From the IMG/VR virus record IMGVR_UViG_3300044627_004253, positions 2,513-66,512 of that record: a DNA stretch of 64,000 nucleotides. One strand, given 5' to 3'. The position numbers were made by a program, and so were the translations under genes. Of this stretch, positions 17,057-26,762 are shown piece by piece; the first letter of the stretch is position 1, and the number at the start of each line of letters is the position of its first letter. A model generated the notes under the pieces. It made no database searches and was not told where the DNA came from. It was given only the letters and a program-made list of their open reading frames with translations. The DNA comes from a virus.

Positions 17057-18862
17057 TTAGTCTGGAAGTTTTATAGTTAACCCATCCAGATCCTCTGGAC
17101 TCATCCAGCGATATTTACCTGATCTTCTATCGAAGAATTTCTGGTATGGTCTTCCATTAGATCCTATTTTAGACCCCCAAGCCATTCTTGTATCAATACC
17201 GATTTTTTCGCTGTTGCCGGACCAGAATGGTTGTGTCTCCATAGATCCGCGTATGAACAATTTACTGCCGGGGACAGTTGCGCAATAAACCAAATCATCA
17301 TATGGCTCTTTAGACCAGTGACTTCCGTACTCCTTGCCTGGATATTTTTTGTGTTTGTAACTTTTACCCCAAATAGATTTTTCTTTAACTTTAAACTGAC
17401 ACACCGCATAATTCATCGTTTTTACATGTGGGCGCTTATCAGGCTCTAGTCTAATACGACACGGGTGTCCCAGAGAGATCATTAGCTTCTCTACTCCTTC
17501 AGCCAGTAACGGGGATGTTGTACAGTAAGTTGTATGTGTTTTATTTAATCTACCATCTCCTTGCATTAAGGCGTGTAGTAGCGCTTCGCGCGCATGGACT
17601 GGAAATTCCAAAAGCTCTGCAGGAAATCCTTTTTCATGACACAACCTTCCGTCAGGTACATAAGAAAGCAGAAAATTATACAACTGCGGATTGTAAATTA
17701 AAAACCCATTTTTTACACCTGCCTTTTCTTCTCCAGCAGAGGGTCCATATTTTCTATATGTAAACTTAATACACATAGCGTTTAACAATTCTTCAATTTC
17801 CTGGAAACAATCAGGATTAGCCAGAGAAGACTGCGCGATACATACATGCGAATTAATCGATTCTTCAGCTGTGATATTACCTTCAGATAAGAACCAACCC
17901 ATGAAAGCCGCAAATGATTCTATCGGAACAACGCCCGCACCAGGCATATCAAAATGACTTTTGTCTTTCATAGCGCCTTCATACGGTAGGTGCCAGCAAG
18001 GTACACGAACAGTCTTACCGTATAGATTATCCGCGAAGGCAACTTTGTATTGTCGCCAATTATCAACCGGATGTGTAGAGTAGTAAACTCTGTGTTGTGG
18101 CGTAACACGCATAAGAATATTCTTATGCTCCGCTCTAATCAAGTCACCCTTAAAATGGTACTTTTGTATAGCTGAAGCTTTATGAAATTCTAGTTTACCA
18201 TCTATGTTACAAGCAAACTCAGTGTCATAATTTACATTCTCCCACAATTGCCAACCAGTATAGGTATAAACCATAGTACCTTTACCTGCGCATTCTGGTC
18301 CTTCAAGGGTGGACAAAAACCCAAACTGGTCAGTCCTGATTGCCTGCATTTCCTCGGTTATAGCATTATCAGTACCAATACCTCCAGGCCCCATTTGGGT
18401 AGCCCTGCGCGATTGCTCCAGTAAATGCAAAGGATTAATCTCTTCCAAGGGAGAAGATAAAGGATTACCAATCAAAAATTTCTCCATGTAAGAATCAAAA
18501 GCAAAAGGACCCACTGCTTTCAAGTTTCTATGCCTCGCTATTAACGGCAGCATAGACCCTTTAACTCTATCGCTATCTAATTTAATTCTTTCTGACAGTA
18601 GCTTATCTGTAGTTAATATACGTTTGAACATGAGACTGTCGCGTTCATCAGTTTTATCTAGTCCGCGATTAACAGCTAGTAATTTCTGCGAGGCTGACAC
18701 AAGTCCTTTAATACCTACAGGAACATACTCTTCCTCGTCATCAGGTATACCATTATCGTTGGTATCCACTTTACGATTTGGAAGTATGGATCTAACCTTA
18801 GCAACAGCTGAAGCTTGCTTTTTAATTTTTGAAAGGATTTCTTCTACTTGAGATTTATTCAT
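17057..18862 (-). CDS. rpoB: RNA polymerase beta subunit, middle fragment, with intein
   Basis: EEINPL...SRRATQMGPGGI...QFGFLSTLEGPE|SEKIGI resembles RpoB DQTNPL...KRRISALGPGGL...HYGRVCPIETPEGPNIGL. Confidence 0.85.
   Translation of the reverse strand: MNKSQVEEILSKIKKQASAVAKVRSILPNRKVDTNDNGIPDDEEEYVPVGIKGLVSASQKLLAVNRGLDKTDERDSLMFKRILTTDKLLSERIKLDSDRVKGSMLPLIARHRNLKAVGPFAFDSYMEKFLIGNPLSSPLEEINPLHLLEQSRRATQMGPGGIGTDNAITEEMQAIRTDQFGFLSTLEGPECAGKGTMVYTYTGWQLWENVNYDTEFACNIDGKLEFHKASAIQKYHFKGDLIRAEHKNILMRVTPQHRVYYSTHPVDNWRQYKVAFADNLYGKTVRVPCWHLPYEGAMKDKSHFDMPGAGVVPIESFAAFMGWFLSEGNITAEESINSHVCIAQSSLANPDCFQEIEELLNAMCIKFTYRKYGPSAGEEKAGVKNGFLIYNPQLYNFLLSYVPDGRLCHEKGFPAELLEFPVHAREALLHALMQGDGRLNKTHTTYCTTSPLLAEGVEKLMISLGHPCRIRLEPDKRPHVKTMNYAVCQFKVKEKSIWGKSYKHKKYPGKEYGSHWSKEPYDDLVYCATVPGSKLFIRGSMETQPFWSGNSEKIGIDTRMAWGSKIGSNGRPYQKFFDRRSGKYRWMSPEDLDGLTIKLPD
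17213..18292 (-). mobile_element. intein (360 aa) with in-frame LAGLIDADG endonuclease
   Basis: GPE|CAGKGTMV, VTPQHRV, GWFLSEG, ALMQGDG, VYCATVP, WSGN|SEK. Confidence 0.9.
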
Positions 18863-18864
18863 TA

Positions 18865-19278
18865 TTATCTCTCTTGTGTATTATTGTAGTTATCCCAAGC
18901 CTTCTGTTTATAAGTTTCCATAGCTTCAGCTAATTGTCTACGTTGATCTTCATCCTCAATCAACTTAAGAGGGTCTATAGCCCAGTTACGTAACATCAGG
19001 GCTCTCTTGGGTGTGGGATTTTTAATAAATTGAGGGGCATGTCTGGCCCTGAAGGCCTTCCATCTCTTGATTTGATACACATCGTCATCGGACCTTTTAC
19101 CGTTAGCATACTGGGTGTACCAGTCTAACCAGCCAAGTCCAGAAGACTCAGGAATCCATTCTTTTTTCCATTTTTTCATACCTGCCAACCTGGGACCAAT
19201 ACGCCCATAAAGAGAGTTATATTCCTCTCTTAAATTGTCAGGATTTTGAATTATTGATTCATCGAATGTATCTTGCAT
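18865..19278 (-). CDS. conserved hypothetical protein (GWxxWY...QIxRW family)
   Basis: GWLDWYTQYANGKRSDDDVYQIKRWKAF...LRNWAIDP. Confidence 0.65.
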   Translation of the reverse strand: MQDTFDESIIQNPDNLREEYNSLYGRIGPRLAGMKKWKKEWIPESSGLGWLDWYTQYANGKRSDDDVYQIKRWKAFRARHAPQFIKNPTPKRALMLRNWAIDPLKLIEDEDQRRQLAEAMETYKQKAWDNYNNTQER

Positions 19279-19376
19279 AGTTATTTTAATAGTATAAAAT
19301 GCCCATATATAGCATTGTAAGTATCCTGAATATCTTCAGGTTTATAGTCGGGAATGAATTCAGGATTGTTCATAAT

Positions 19377-19889
19377 TTAAATCTGTCCTTCGCTTTTTAA
19401 GCTAGGAAATTTATCTCCTATAAATTTTAAAAGTTTAAAACCTTGCTGCTGTTTATCCCCTTCAAGCTTATTTATATAATGAGGACTATTATAAGTCATT
19501 TTTTGCAAAGCTTGTAAAAAATTTTTATCTTTTCTTTCTCCTACTCTAGCTTCGAGTTCCAACGCAGCCATGCCTAACCTTTTACCTAAAAAAGGTAGTT
19601 TATTCAAATTACCAGCTAAAGTATTTTTTAGAACTGGTAATTGATCTTGATACGCATGTATAAGCTCATGTTTTTTAGATCTAGGTTGTCTTAAAAGTAT
19701 AGATTTAGTAAGGGGGTCATAAAACGATACATTTTCGACACCAGAAGGATCCCACCCAGTATGTTCTAAAAATTTTTTATCTTCAGAAAAAATGGGCAAC
19801 TTACGTCTTATTTTTAACATTGAGGCTAAACGCCCAGCCTGCTTAATTAGACCTAAAGATATATTTAATTTATCAATATTATTCATCAT
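19377..19889 (-). CDS. leader-bearing protein with HExxH motif
   Basis: MNNIDKLNISLGLIKQA leader; FYDP, HELIHAYQ, ELEA. Confidence 0.6.
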   Translation of the reverse strand: MMNNIDKLNISLGLIKQAGRLASMLKIRRKLPIFSEDKKFLEHTGWDPSGVENVSFYDPLTKSILLRQPRSKKHELIHAYQDQLPVLKNTLAGNLNKLPFLGKRLGMAALELEARVGERKDKNFLQALQKMTYNSPHYINKLEGDKQQQGFKLLKFIGDKFPSLKSEGQI

Positions 19890-21093
19890 CTTCTACCTCC
19901 TGGAATACGCGTTTAACATTTTTAGGAATTACTTCCCGGGGCACGTGGATTCTAAATCCTGTAGGCATATGCGTAATACCTGACATACGCCCGTCCTGAT
20001 CCACAATGAATTCATCCGGGTATCTGGCTAGAGCTGCAGCCATAATAGCCGTCTTCTTTTTGTACTCGTCTTTAGCCTGCGAACTATGTCTTCTTGCCTG
20101 CATCAATGCACGCATGTCTGCTGCGGATTTTTCATTTTCAATATCAGCAAGCACATCCTCATCAATAAAAGTTTCCGCTGCCTCCTTAGGAGTTAAATCA
20201 GGTTCAAAGGGAATACTATCAATGTTTTCTGACGCAAGCTTTTCCATGGCCTGTTTACCCTGCCATCTAGCTTCCCATTCCGAAGCTACCTTAGGATCAA
20301 ACATATTGGGAAGATTCTTCTGCGCAACTCGAGCATGAATCTGCGCAGCTTCAAAAGCACTCTTCAAAGAATTAATTTTATCTTCGCGTGTACTATCCAG
20401 TTTTTTCTGTCTGGCTGGAACAAGGCGTTCATACGCTTTATCAAACACACGCGCGTCATACCTTGCTTGGTTTGCTTTGAGAATATCAGGACCCCACGCC
20501 TTTTCTAATTCTTTATCATCAGTACCTGTATCTTTTAAAAGACTATAAAGATGTAAATTTGCTTGTGAAATCTTTACGCGATACTGCGTCGTCTCGGGTT
20601 CGAAACCAACACGGAAACCAATACCAGTTCCTGGTTTAACATTAAATTGTGTTTCTAATTCTCCATTTGCTTGCCTTCTAGTATACACGCCGGGTAAGAG
20701 ACGGGACTGCATGATCGACGCATACTCGTTGCCGCCATGAATGAAAGTTCCCCTGTTCGTGAGGTAAGGCACACGCATTAAGGATATGCGTTTCTCTTCT
20801 ATTAATTCATCGTTTGTGTTATCGAGTAATTTAATTGTTCCTCTCAACTTCTTGGTTATATATTTATTTTCTAGAAGTTGTTTCTTTTGATTAGAGATGG
20901 GCACATCGTCTAACTCATCGTAGTCCACGTCATGTAGCTCCATCCTGACGTTTCCGTATTTAACAGGAAATGCTTTAGACATAGCATTTTTGACGCCATC
21001 AAATATTTGATTTCTCAGGGTAGAAAAATCGTCAAAGTCTCTTAAGATAACTCCCTTTGGAATTTCTTCTTCAATTTCATTTTGATTTTGCAT
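19879..21093 (-). CDS. rpoB: RNA polymerase beta subunit, N-terminal fragment with extra C-terminal segments
   Basis: LMRVPYLTNRGTFIHGGNEYASIMQSRLLPGVY resembles RpoB [33 protein letters not shown]. Confidence 0.85.
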   Translation of the reverse strand: MQNQNEIEEEIPKGVILRDFDDFSTLRNQIFDGVKNAMSKAFPVKYGNVRMELHDVDYDELDDVPISNQKKQLLENKYITKKLRGTIKLLDNTNDELIEEKRISLMRVPYLTNRGTFIHGGNEYASIMQSRLLPGVYTRRQANGELETQFNVKPGTGIGFRVGFEPETTQYRVKISQANLHLYSLLKDTGTDDKELEKAWGPDILKANQARYDARVFDKAYERLVPARQKKLDSTREDKINSLKSAFEAAQIHARVAQKNLPNMFDPKVASEWEARWQGKQAMEKLASENIDSIPFEPDLTPKEAAETFIDEDVLADIENEKSAADMRALMQARRHSSQAKDEYKKKTAIMAAALARYPDEFIVDQDGRMSGITHMPTGFRIHVPREVIPKNVKRVFQEVEDDE

Positions 21094-21112
21094 AGGCGGT
21101 ACAGTTTACCTG

Positions 21113-21166
21113 ATAGATAAAAAAAAGCAAAAGCTCTAATAGATAAAAAAGAGACCCGAAGGTCTC
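21113..21166 (-). terminator. terminator with two T-tract/TATCTAT units
   Basis: GAGACC-TTCG-GGTCTC-TTTTTTATCTAT then TTTTTTTTATCTAT. Confidence 0.7.
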
Positions 21167-21177
21167 CTCGAAAGGCA

Positions 21178-21396
21178 TTACGCCGCCTTTTCCTTACGTG
21201 CTGCCGTGATGACAGAATACAGGATACCGCTGACAAACATTGTGCCTGCGATTCCCAGTATCCATAGCATCTGCAGCTTCCAAAACGCTACTACCTGCTC
21301 GTGGGTGATGCCGACAGTCAATGCGTTTCTGTACGTCAACGCGTACGCGCTGCCTATTAACCCCATAAATACCAGTAGTGTTGCTATTGCTTTCAT
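21178..21396 (-). CDS. small membrane protein
   Basis: two hydrophobic helices; sits between its own promoter motif and terminator. Confidence 0.65.
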   Translation of the reverse strand: MKAIATLLVFMGLIGSAYALTYRNALTVGITHEQVVAFWKLQMLWILGIAGTMFVSGILYSVITAARKEKAA

Positions 21397-21460
21397 TGTA
21401 TTGTTGCTGTTGTTGTTAGTCCCTAAAGTACATACTATGTAAATCTAGGTATTACAATTA

Positions 21461-21488
21461 TATATAACACAACAGGCCCACCTATTGC
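21461..21488 (-). promoter_or_regulatory. phage promoter-like motif copy 3
   Basis: GCAATAG-GTGGGCCTGT-TGTGTTATATA. Confidence 0.7.
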
Positions 21489-21499
21489 ATAAATACACG

Positions 21500-21540
21500 A
21501 TAGGTAAAAAAGAGGCGCGGTATTTATCCGCGAGCTCTTT
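21500..21540 (-). terminator. terminator followed by TACCTAT
   Basis: CGCGG...CCGCG stem then TTTTTTACCTAT. Confidence 0.6.
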
Positions 21541-21542
21541 TT

Positions 21543-22472
21543 CTATACTGGAATCAACTCCTCAATTATTGAGGGCCCCGCGAAGGGCACCAGTCTCTGG
21601 ACAATATCAGGATCTAAGGTTGGTATTCCTACATCCTGAGTGGTTATTGCGCCGCGCCACACTTGTTTAGGCGCGTTATCTCTGACTTCCATGGTTGGCG
21701 GCGCTGCCGCGAAGCTGTTATATGAAATACCAACTTCGGTTATACCGAAGATATCATAAAACCCAGCACGACCAAACACGGTTGTGAACCAGCCCTTTTT
21801 GCGATTGTGCAAAAGGACTGCCTCCTCATCAGATAGGACCATAGGAATCGGCAGGTCGAACGTAAATCCGACCTGTTGTCTTGAGACATCCCAGGTTTTA
21901 TTCTTTTGGTAGTAGTCAGGCATATCGTCTTCGATATTGTCTCGCCTGACGCTGAGCTGCACGGGACACCCTTCCTGAAGCTCCTGATCCTCGAACAGAC
22001 GATTAAAGTCACTAACCGTTATATTTTGATATGAGTAACAATCAGCATTATTACTCATTATCACGGGCGTAGAACCCATCACACTCTTACGCCTGCCTGC
22101 CCTCCCGAATAGGAAGGCGCTCTCGCCTCTGGCTGGGTGGCTCGCCACATCTGACGTTAATGGGTGTTCCTTTAGTCTTGTTGTGCCATTGTCAATAAGA
22201 TAACGTCCCCCTTTAACAAAGGCCGTCATCGTAATTATCTGACAAGGTACCGTCCTCTGCCATCCTGAACTACCCTTCACCCATAAGGGTAAATGTTGTC
22301 CAGGTTGAAGGATGTGTCTGTTTCCAGACGCATCCCACCACTGCACGGAATAAGAGGTCCATGCCTCCTGCCTGAGTTTACCATCAGAGTCCCGAAGGGA
22401 CTCGTGACGGCTTGTTGTCTCAACCTCGCTGCTGGGCGAAGTTGCCTTTTTTGTTGTTGTTGTTGTTTTCAT
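21543..22472 (-). CDS. hypothetical protein
   Basis: 309 aa ORF in a promoter/terminator-bounded cassette. Confidence 0.7.
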   Translation of the reverse strand: MKTTTTTKKATSPSSEVETTSRHESLRDSDGKLRQEAWTSYSVQWWDASGNRHILQPGQHLPLWVKGSSGWQRTVPCQIITMTAFVKGGRYLIDNGTTRLKEHPLTSDVASHPARGESAFLFGRAGRRKSVMGSTPVIMSNNADCYSYQNITVSDFNRLFEDQELQEGCPVQLSVRRDNIEDDMPDYYQKNKTWDVSRQQVGFTFDLPIPMVLSDEEAVLLHNRKKGWFTTVFGRAGFYDIFGITEVGISYNSFAAAPPTMEVRDNAPKQVWRGAITTQDVGIPTLDPDIVQRLVPFAGPSIIEELIPV

Positions 22473-22638
22473 AGCTCGCGCTACTGTTGCTCCTGCTCGC
22501 AGCGGACGCCGTGAGTAGAATTGGTATAATAGGCCATATCATTTTAAACAGGCCAAAGCCTGCTACAATAATAGGCGTAGCTACCGCGATGGTAACTACG
22601 CCTATAATCAGCCGTGCCGGAGAGTTATTATCGTCCAC
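22420..22638 (-). CDS. small membrane protein, possibly leaderless GTG start
   Basis: hydrophobic core; GTG 5 nt after promoter motif copy 4. Confidence 0.4.
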   Translation of the reverse strand: MDDNNSPARLIIGVVTIAVATPIIVAGFGLFKMIWPIIPILLTASAASRSNSSASYENNNNNKKGNFAQQRG

Positions 22639-22643
22639 AATAG

Positions 22644-22671
22644 TTTATAACACAACAGACGTCGCTGTTGC
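22644..22671 (-). promoter_or_regulatory. phage promoter-like motif copy 4
   Basis: GCAACAG-N10-TGTGTTATAAA. Confidence 0.6.
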
Positions 22672-22678
22672 TTATAAA

Positions 22679-23269
22679 CTAATTTCTGGAAGTAGAGATA
22701 ATAGACAACTGGTTACCGGAAACATTTATAACTTCAAAACCTCCAGGTAGGGTGTCGCCAGTTTGAATAGCTTCAACCTTATCGAGGACATCTAACAGCT
22801 TCTTAATAAAAGGTTTGCTTACGCCTGCAGGACACTGGAGTACTTCCATACCTCCTGTCTTAGCGTTTACCTTAACAATGATATCTTGTTTATTTTGCAG
22901 ATGGTCTGGAAGAACGGCCTTACTTGCATAATAAGTTTTAGGGATGATATCGATATCAATAACTTTATCGTTAGCATCATGAACGATAATAAAGTCATTA
23001 TGCAATCTCGCATCTAAGCCATCGCGCACTTGCCCGGGGATTTGTCGACCTTCGCAACGCTTCCATACGTCAAATGTACATTCTTTTGTTACTTCTCTAT
23101 AAGTACTAGATACATAAACACAAGCGTACTTGTGATTTTCTGTGCCGTCGTTACTGGCCTCTACAATCGGAGGTTTAATACTAAAGCTATCTGATTTTTT
23201 AACATTCTCTCTTTTGCGTTTAATGAGCGCTGAAGAGGTAGGTATGCTAGACGTTATACTATTACTCAT
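22679..23269 (-). CDS. hypothetical protein
   Basis: 196 aa, end of the replication gene run. Confidence 0.65.
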   Translation of the reverse strand: MSNSITSSIPTSSALIKRKRENVKKSDSFSIKPPIVEASNDGTENHKYACVYVSSTYREVTKECTFDVWKRCEGRQIPGQVRDGLDARLHNDFIIVHDANDKVIDIDIIPKTYYASKAVLPDHLQNKQDIIVKVNAKTGGMEVLQCPAGVSKPFIKKLLDVLDKVEAIQTGDTLPGGFEVINVSGNQLSIISTSRN

Positions 23270-23676
23270 AATTGATTTTTTTGTTTACGTTGAAGATAAA
23301 TAATTTTTTCTATCAAATCAGATTTTAATATACCAGGTTCACAATTAGGGCAAGTCTTAATATGGTATGAATGTGTTTTTTCAAAAACAAAACCATCTTT
23401 ATCCTTATGTGGGTCTACCCACCCTATTACAACCCTACATGTGCAACATACAATTTTTGAACAATCAGTAAATGAACTGACGCACTGATGACAAAGTTGT
23501 TCGGTTACATTTTTAATAACTCCAGAGTCATAGAATATAAAATCAGTCATGTGTTTCAATTTCCCGCAGCTAGCGCACAAGCCCATAGAGCTTGGCGTTA
23601 GTCCTGTTGTTGGCGGGGGTAACTGATTCAGCAATCTGAATATACCTTGCACTGATTTTGGAATTTCTTGATTCAT
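23266..23676 (-). CDS. Cys-rich putative zinc-binding protein
   Basis: CASC, CHQC, CCTC, CPNC. Confidence 0.65.
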   Translation of the reverse strand: MNQEIPKSVQGIFRLLNQLPPPTTGLTPSSMGLCASCGKLKHMTDFIFYDSGVIKNVTEQLCHQCVSSFTDCSKIVCCTCRVVIGWVDPHKDKDGFVFEKTHSYHIKTCPNCEPGILKSDLIEKIIYLQRKQKNQL

Positions 23677-25347
23677 TTAATTATTGACTTGGAAATAACT
23701 TTCCAGATAGGAATGTTTATCGGAATCTGGTGTCTTAATATAACCTACAACTTGTTCAAGCTTAGCGTGAGCTCCGGCTGCTTTTACTGCCAGCCTTTCA
23801 AAATCAATCTGTTCAATAGATCCTGTTATTTTTGTAGCAGAGCCTCGGTACGGAGGAATAAATCTTATCACAGACTGCTCATCCCATTTTTTGAAATGAT
23901 TAGCAATGGTTTGATACCCCAACCCGACATGATCTGAAAACCAATTTAGATCTATCAAGAAAAAGCCATCTTCTTCCATTCCGTACTCAGTAATAATATT
24001 CCACCAGTTTTCAAACCTAGAGTCATCCTCAGGGACGTTCTCGTCTAATCTGACTTTGGCTATCTTCTCTCCGTTACGCTCGCGCTCAACAATTTTATTA
24101 GCTTTTAAGACCTCCAAAATAGAAGGTACTTTACGACTAAATAAATTAGTTTTCTTGGCTATGTCGCTGATGGTTAACTGGGAAACACCATTGTTATCCG
24201 CTGCTAACTGCAGGACACGTAAAACAGAATTGATTTCAGATTTAGTAGGGTGACTACTCTCAATAAAAAACTTTTGAGTATTATAACTGTCAGGAGAATA
24301 GAACGTCATGCATGTAGAATCTTTTCCGTCACGCCCTGCACGTCCTACCTCCTGCGCCAAAGATTCCAATGACCCGGGTATGTCTCTGTGGACAACGCCA
24401 CGGATATTTCCCTTATCAATACCCATACCGAACGCATTAGTCGCTACCATGATACGAATTTTATCATTCATAAACATATCCTGATTAACGCGTTTATCTG
24501 TTGGGGATAACTCGCCGTGAAAAATAATTACATCTTCTCGTAGTGCAGACATCAATTGTTTTGCGGTCTGCTCGACTTTATTAATAGTAGCACAATACAC
24601 AATAGAAGGCCCGTCAACATCCAAAACAAAATCAGCTAGTTGTGTTTCGCTAATCATGTTTTCGCTCTTCAAATGCAGATTTGTCCTTCTAGGGTAATAA
24701 GACAATTTCTGTGCATTTTCTAGATGTAACACACGCCGAATATCCTGTTCAACTTCGTCCGGGCAGGTGGCTGTAAAAGCGGCGACTACTTTAGGATTCT
24801 TTTCATTAATAAAATCTCCAACTAAACAATAGCTGGATCTGAAATTGTCAGACCACTGAGATAGGCAGTGCGCCTCATCCATAACGACCATGTCTGGAGG
24901 TACACGGTTCATTGCGTCCTTAAACGCCTCGTTATGTAATCTTTCAGGTGCTACGTAAATAAATTGTAATTCACCTTCAGCCCATCTTTTCATAGCATTC
25001 TGATTTTCTGCTTCAGTTTGCATAGAAGATAGCGCCTGGGCTTTTATACCCTTGGCGTTTAAACTCTGCACCTGGTCACGCATGAGCGCGACCAGGGGAG
25101 AGAAAACTATGGATCGCCAACCCAGACACAACGTAGGTATAACAAAACAAGCCGTTTTACCGGTAGATGTCGGAAGTATGCATAACGTGTCTCTCTGCGC
25201 CATAATATTAACAAGCACCTGCTCTTGTCCCGCTCTGAGTTGGCTAAAACCCATAACAGACATAGCATTCGGCAGTTGCGCATACGCGCCTTTCAACATG
25301 TCTACATTGACTTTCGAAATTCTATTTTGCTTTATAACTTGTGACAT
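23677..25347 (-). CDS. recQ: RecQ-family DNA helicase
   Basis: PTSTGKT, SPLVALMRDQV, YVAPERL, DEAHCLSQW, TAT, VATNAFGMGIDK, QEVGRAGRDG. Confidence 0.92.
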   Translation of the reverse strand: MSQVIKQNRISKVNVDMLKGAYAQLPNAMSVMGFSQLRAGQEQVLVNIMAQRDTLCILPTSTGKTACFVIPTLCLGWRSIVFSPLVALMRDQVQSLNAKGIKAQALSSMQTEAENQNAMKRWAEGELQFIYVAPERLHNEAFKDAMNRVPPDMVVMDEAHCLSQWSDNFRSSYCLVGDFINEKNPKVVAAFTATCPDEVEQDIRRVLHLENAQKLSYYPRRTNLHLKSENMISETQLADFVLDVDGPSIVYCATINKVEQTAKQLMSALREDVIIFHGELSPTDKRVNQDMFMNDKIRIMVATNAFGMGIDKGNIRGVVHRDIPGSLESLAQEVGRAGRDGKDSTCMTFYSPDSYNTQKFFIESSHPTKSEINSVLRVLQLAADNNGVSQLTISDIAKKTNLFSRKVPSILEVLKANKIVERERNGEKIAKVRLDENVPEDDSRFENWWNIITEYGMEEDGFFLIDLNWFSDHVGLGYQTIANHFKKWDEQSVIRFIPPYRGSATKITGSIEQIDFERLAVKAAGAHAKLEQVVGYIKTPDSDKHSYLESYFQVNN

Positions 25348-25892
25348 AAATATTTAATTACATTAAGACATTTTTCTTTATTGCTGGTGGATACATTTTT
25401 ATCTGTGGACAACCAGAATGATATATTATCACAACTAAAAGATTGTCGTCGTTCTAGGGATAATATTGTGGGCTTGTAAAAAGCTTCACATAAATCAACC
25501 ACACGACGCGACAACTTTTGTATTGTTACATCGATATATGACGTGCTCATACCCTCCTTAATCAAGAACCATCTATACAGGGGTAGCAGAATAGAGTTAG
25601 GATGCACCGTGTATATTAATTTATCTTGCATGTCCTTAGCGTTTATAGCAGAGGCTACAATATTCATTATTTGTTCTGGACTTTTAATTTCTATGTGGGG
25701 TACGTAAACGCACTCCGCCTCCGCATCCATTCTAGCAATATCTGCGCAAGGCTCATTAATATAATTTATAAAATTAAATGAGTAACCATCATTCCATATT
25801 TCTTCAGGAGTAAAAGGAAAATCACTAGAGTTAGGAGATGGCGAAATACCATCTTTTAAAAATAAAATTATCGCATGTTTATTGTTCGTCAT
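25332..25892 (-). CDS. hypothetical protein
   Basis: 186 aa ORF overlapping both neighbours. Confidence 0.6.
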   Translation of the reverse strand: MTNNKHAIILFLKDGISPSPNSSDFPFTPEEIWNDGYSFNFINYINEPCADIARMDAEAECVYVPHIEIKSPEQIMNIVASAINAKDMQDKLIYTVHPNSILLPLYRWFLIKEGMSTSYIDVTIQKLSRRVVDLCEAFYKPTILSLERRQSFSCDNISFWLSTDKNVSTSNKEKCLNVIKYLCHKL

Positions 25893-26337
25893 CTTGTCTC
25901 ATTTTAGGTAAAAAAGCGCGAAACGGTTTCTTTCTCATAACCAAACAGTGAGGAAAGTCAGGATGGTACTGCGGGCTACCACCCTTATAAACTAAACGAT
26001 GTCTAGCCTCTTTTGGATAAACTAACAAAGTAGTGACTTTACGCCCGTGCTTTGGATCGTTCATACATAAGTTAATAGCATCGTATTTTTTAAATGACCT
26101 AGGTATATTAAACTCAGGGTCCACAGGTACAGCAAATTGCTGATACAATTCAAAAGCAGAATAATATTCACACAGAGGGACTGGACTTCCAACTACTTCG
26201 TAATGCTCCTCTTTAAAACCTTGAAGAGAATTATCAGTATTTAATATAGGATAAGCGCTATCTAGGTCATCCCACTTAAAATGCAAGATCTCAATCCAAC
26301 CGTTAATACATTCTGTGTTTGAAGGCATATGCGGCAT
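25879..26337 (-). CDS. hypothetical protein
   Basis: 152 aa ORF. Confidence 0.6.
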   Translation of the reverse strand: MPHMPSNTECINGWIEILHFKWDDLDSAYPILNTDNSLQGFKEEHYEVVGSPVPLCEYYSAFELYQQFAVPVDPEFNIPRSFKKYDAINLCMNDPKHGRKVTTLLVYPKEARHRLVYKGGSPQYHPDFPHCLVMRKKPFRAFLPKMRQDDEQ

Positions 26338-26762
26338 TATAGTGATACTACCGGGTAAATCAAGGCTGCTAATCCGTTGTGGTGATTAACACACAAAGAA
26401 GGCATCCTTAGCTTGTTTAATATATTACCGGCATCTGTATTTACAGAATTTATAGAACTCGGCTGACAAACAAATAAACTTTCTTTGCCTGTTACCATAC
26501 CATCAGTTAACAACATCGGTGCGTCTGTAGATTCAATAAGCTGCCATAGATAACTATTGCGCTTAGGGAACATAAACTCACCAAAAACAGGGAACGTCTC
26601 GTAGACGACCAAAACTTCTTGAAATCGCAATGGGAGATTAGCAACGACCAAATCCACTTCGTAAAACAACTCCTGCAATGTATTAGCAGGAGTTGTTTTG
26701 AAATGTTTAGCCAAGTGCCCTATCAACCTATGGTCATTCGTTTTGGGATACGAACTCTTCAT
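26337..26762 (-). CDS. hypothetical protein
   Basis: 141 aa ORF. Confidence 0.6.
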   Translation of the reverse strand: MKSSYPKTNDHRLIGHLAKHFKTTPANTLQELFYEVDLVVANLPLRFQEVLVVYETFPVFGEFMFPKRNSYLWQLIESTDAPMLLTDGMVTGKESLFVCQPSSINSVNTDAGNILNKLRMPSLCVNHHNGLAALIYPVVSL

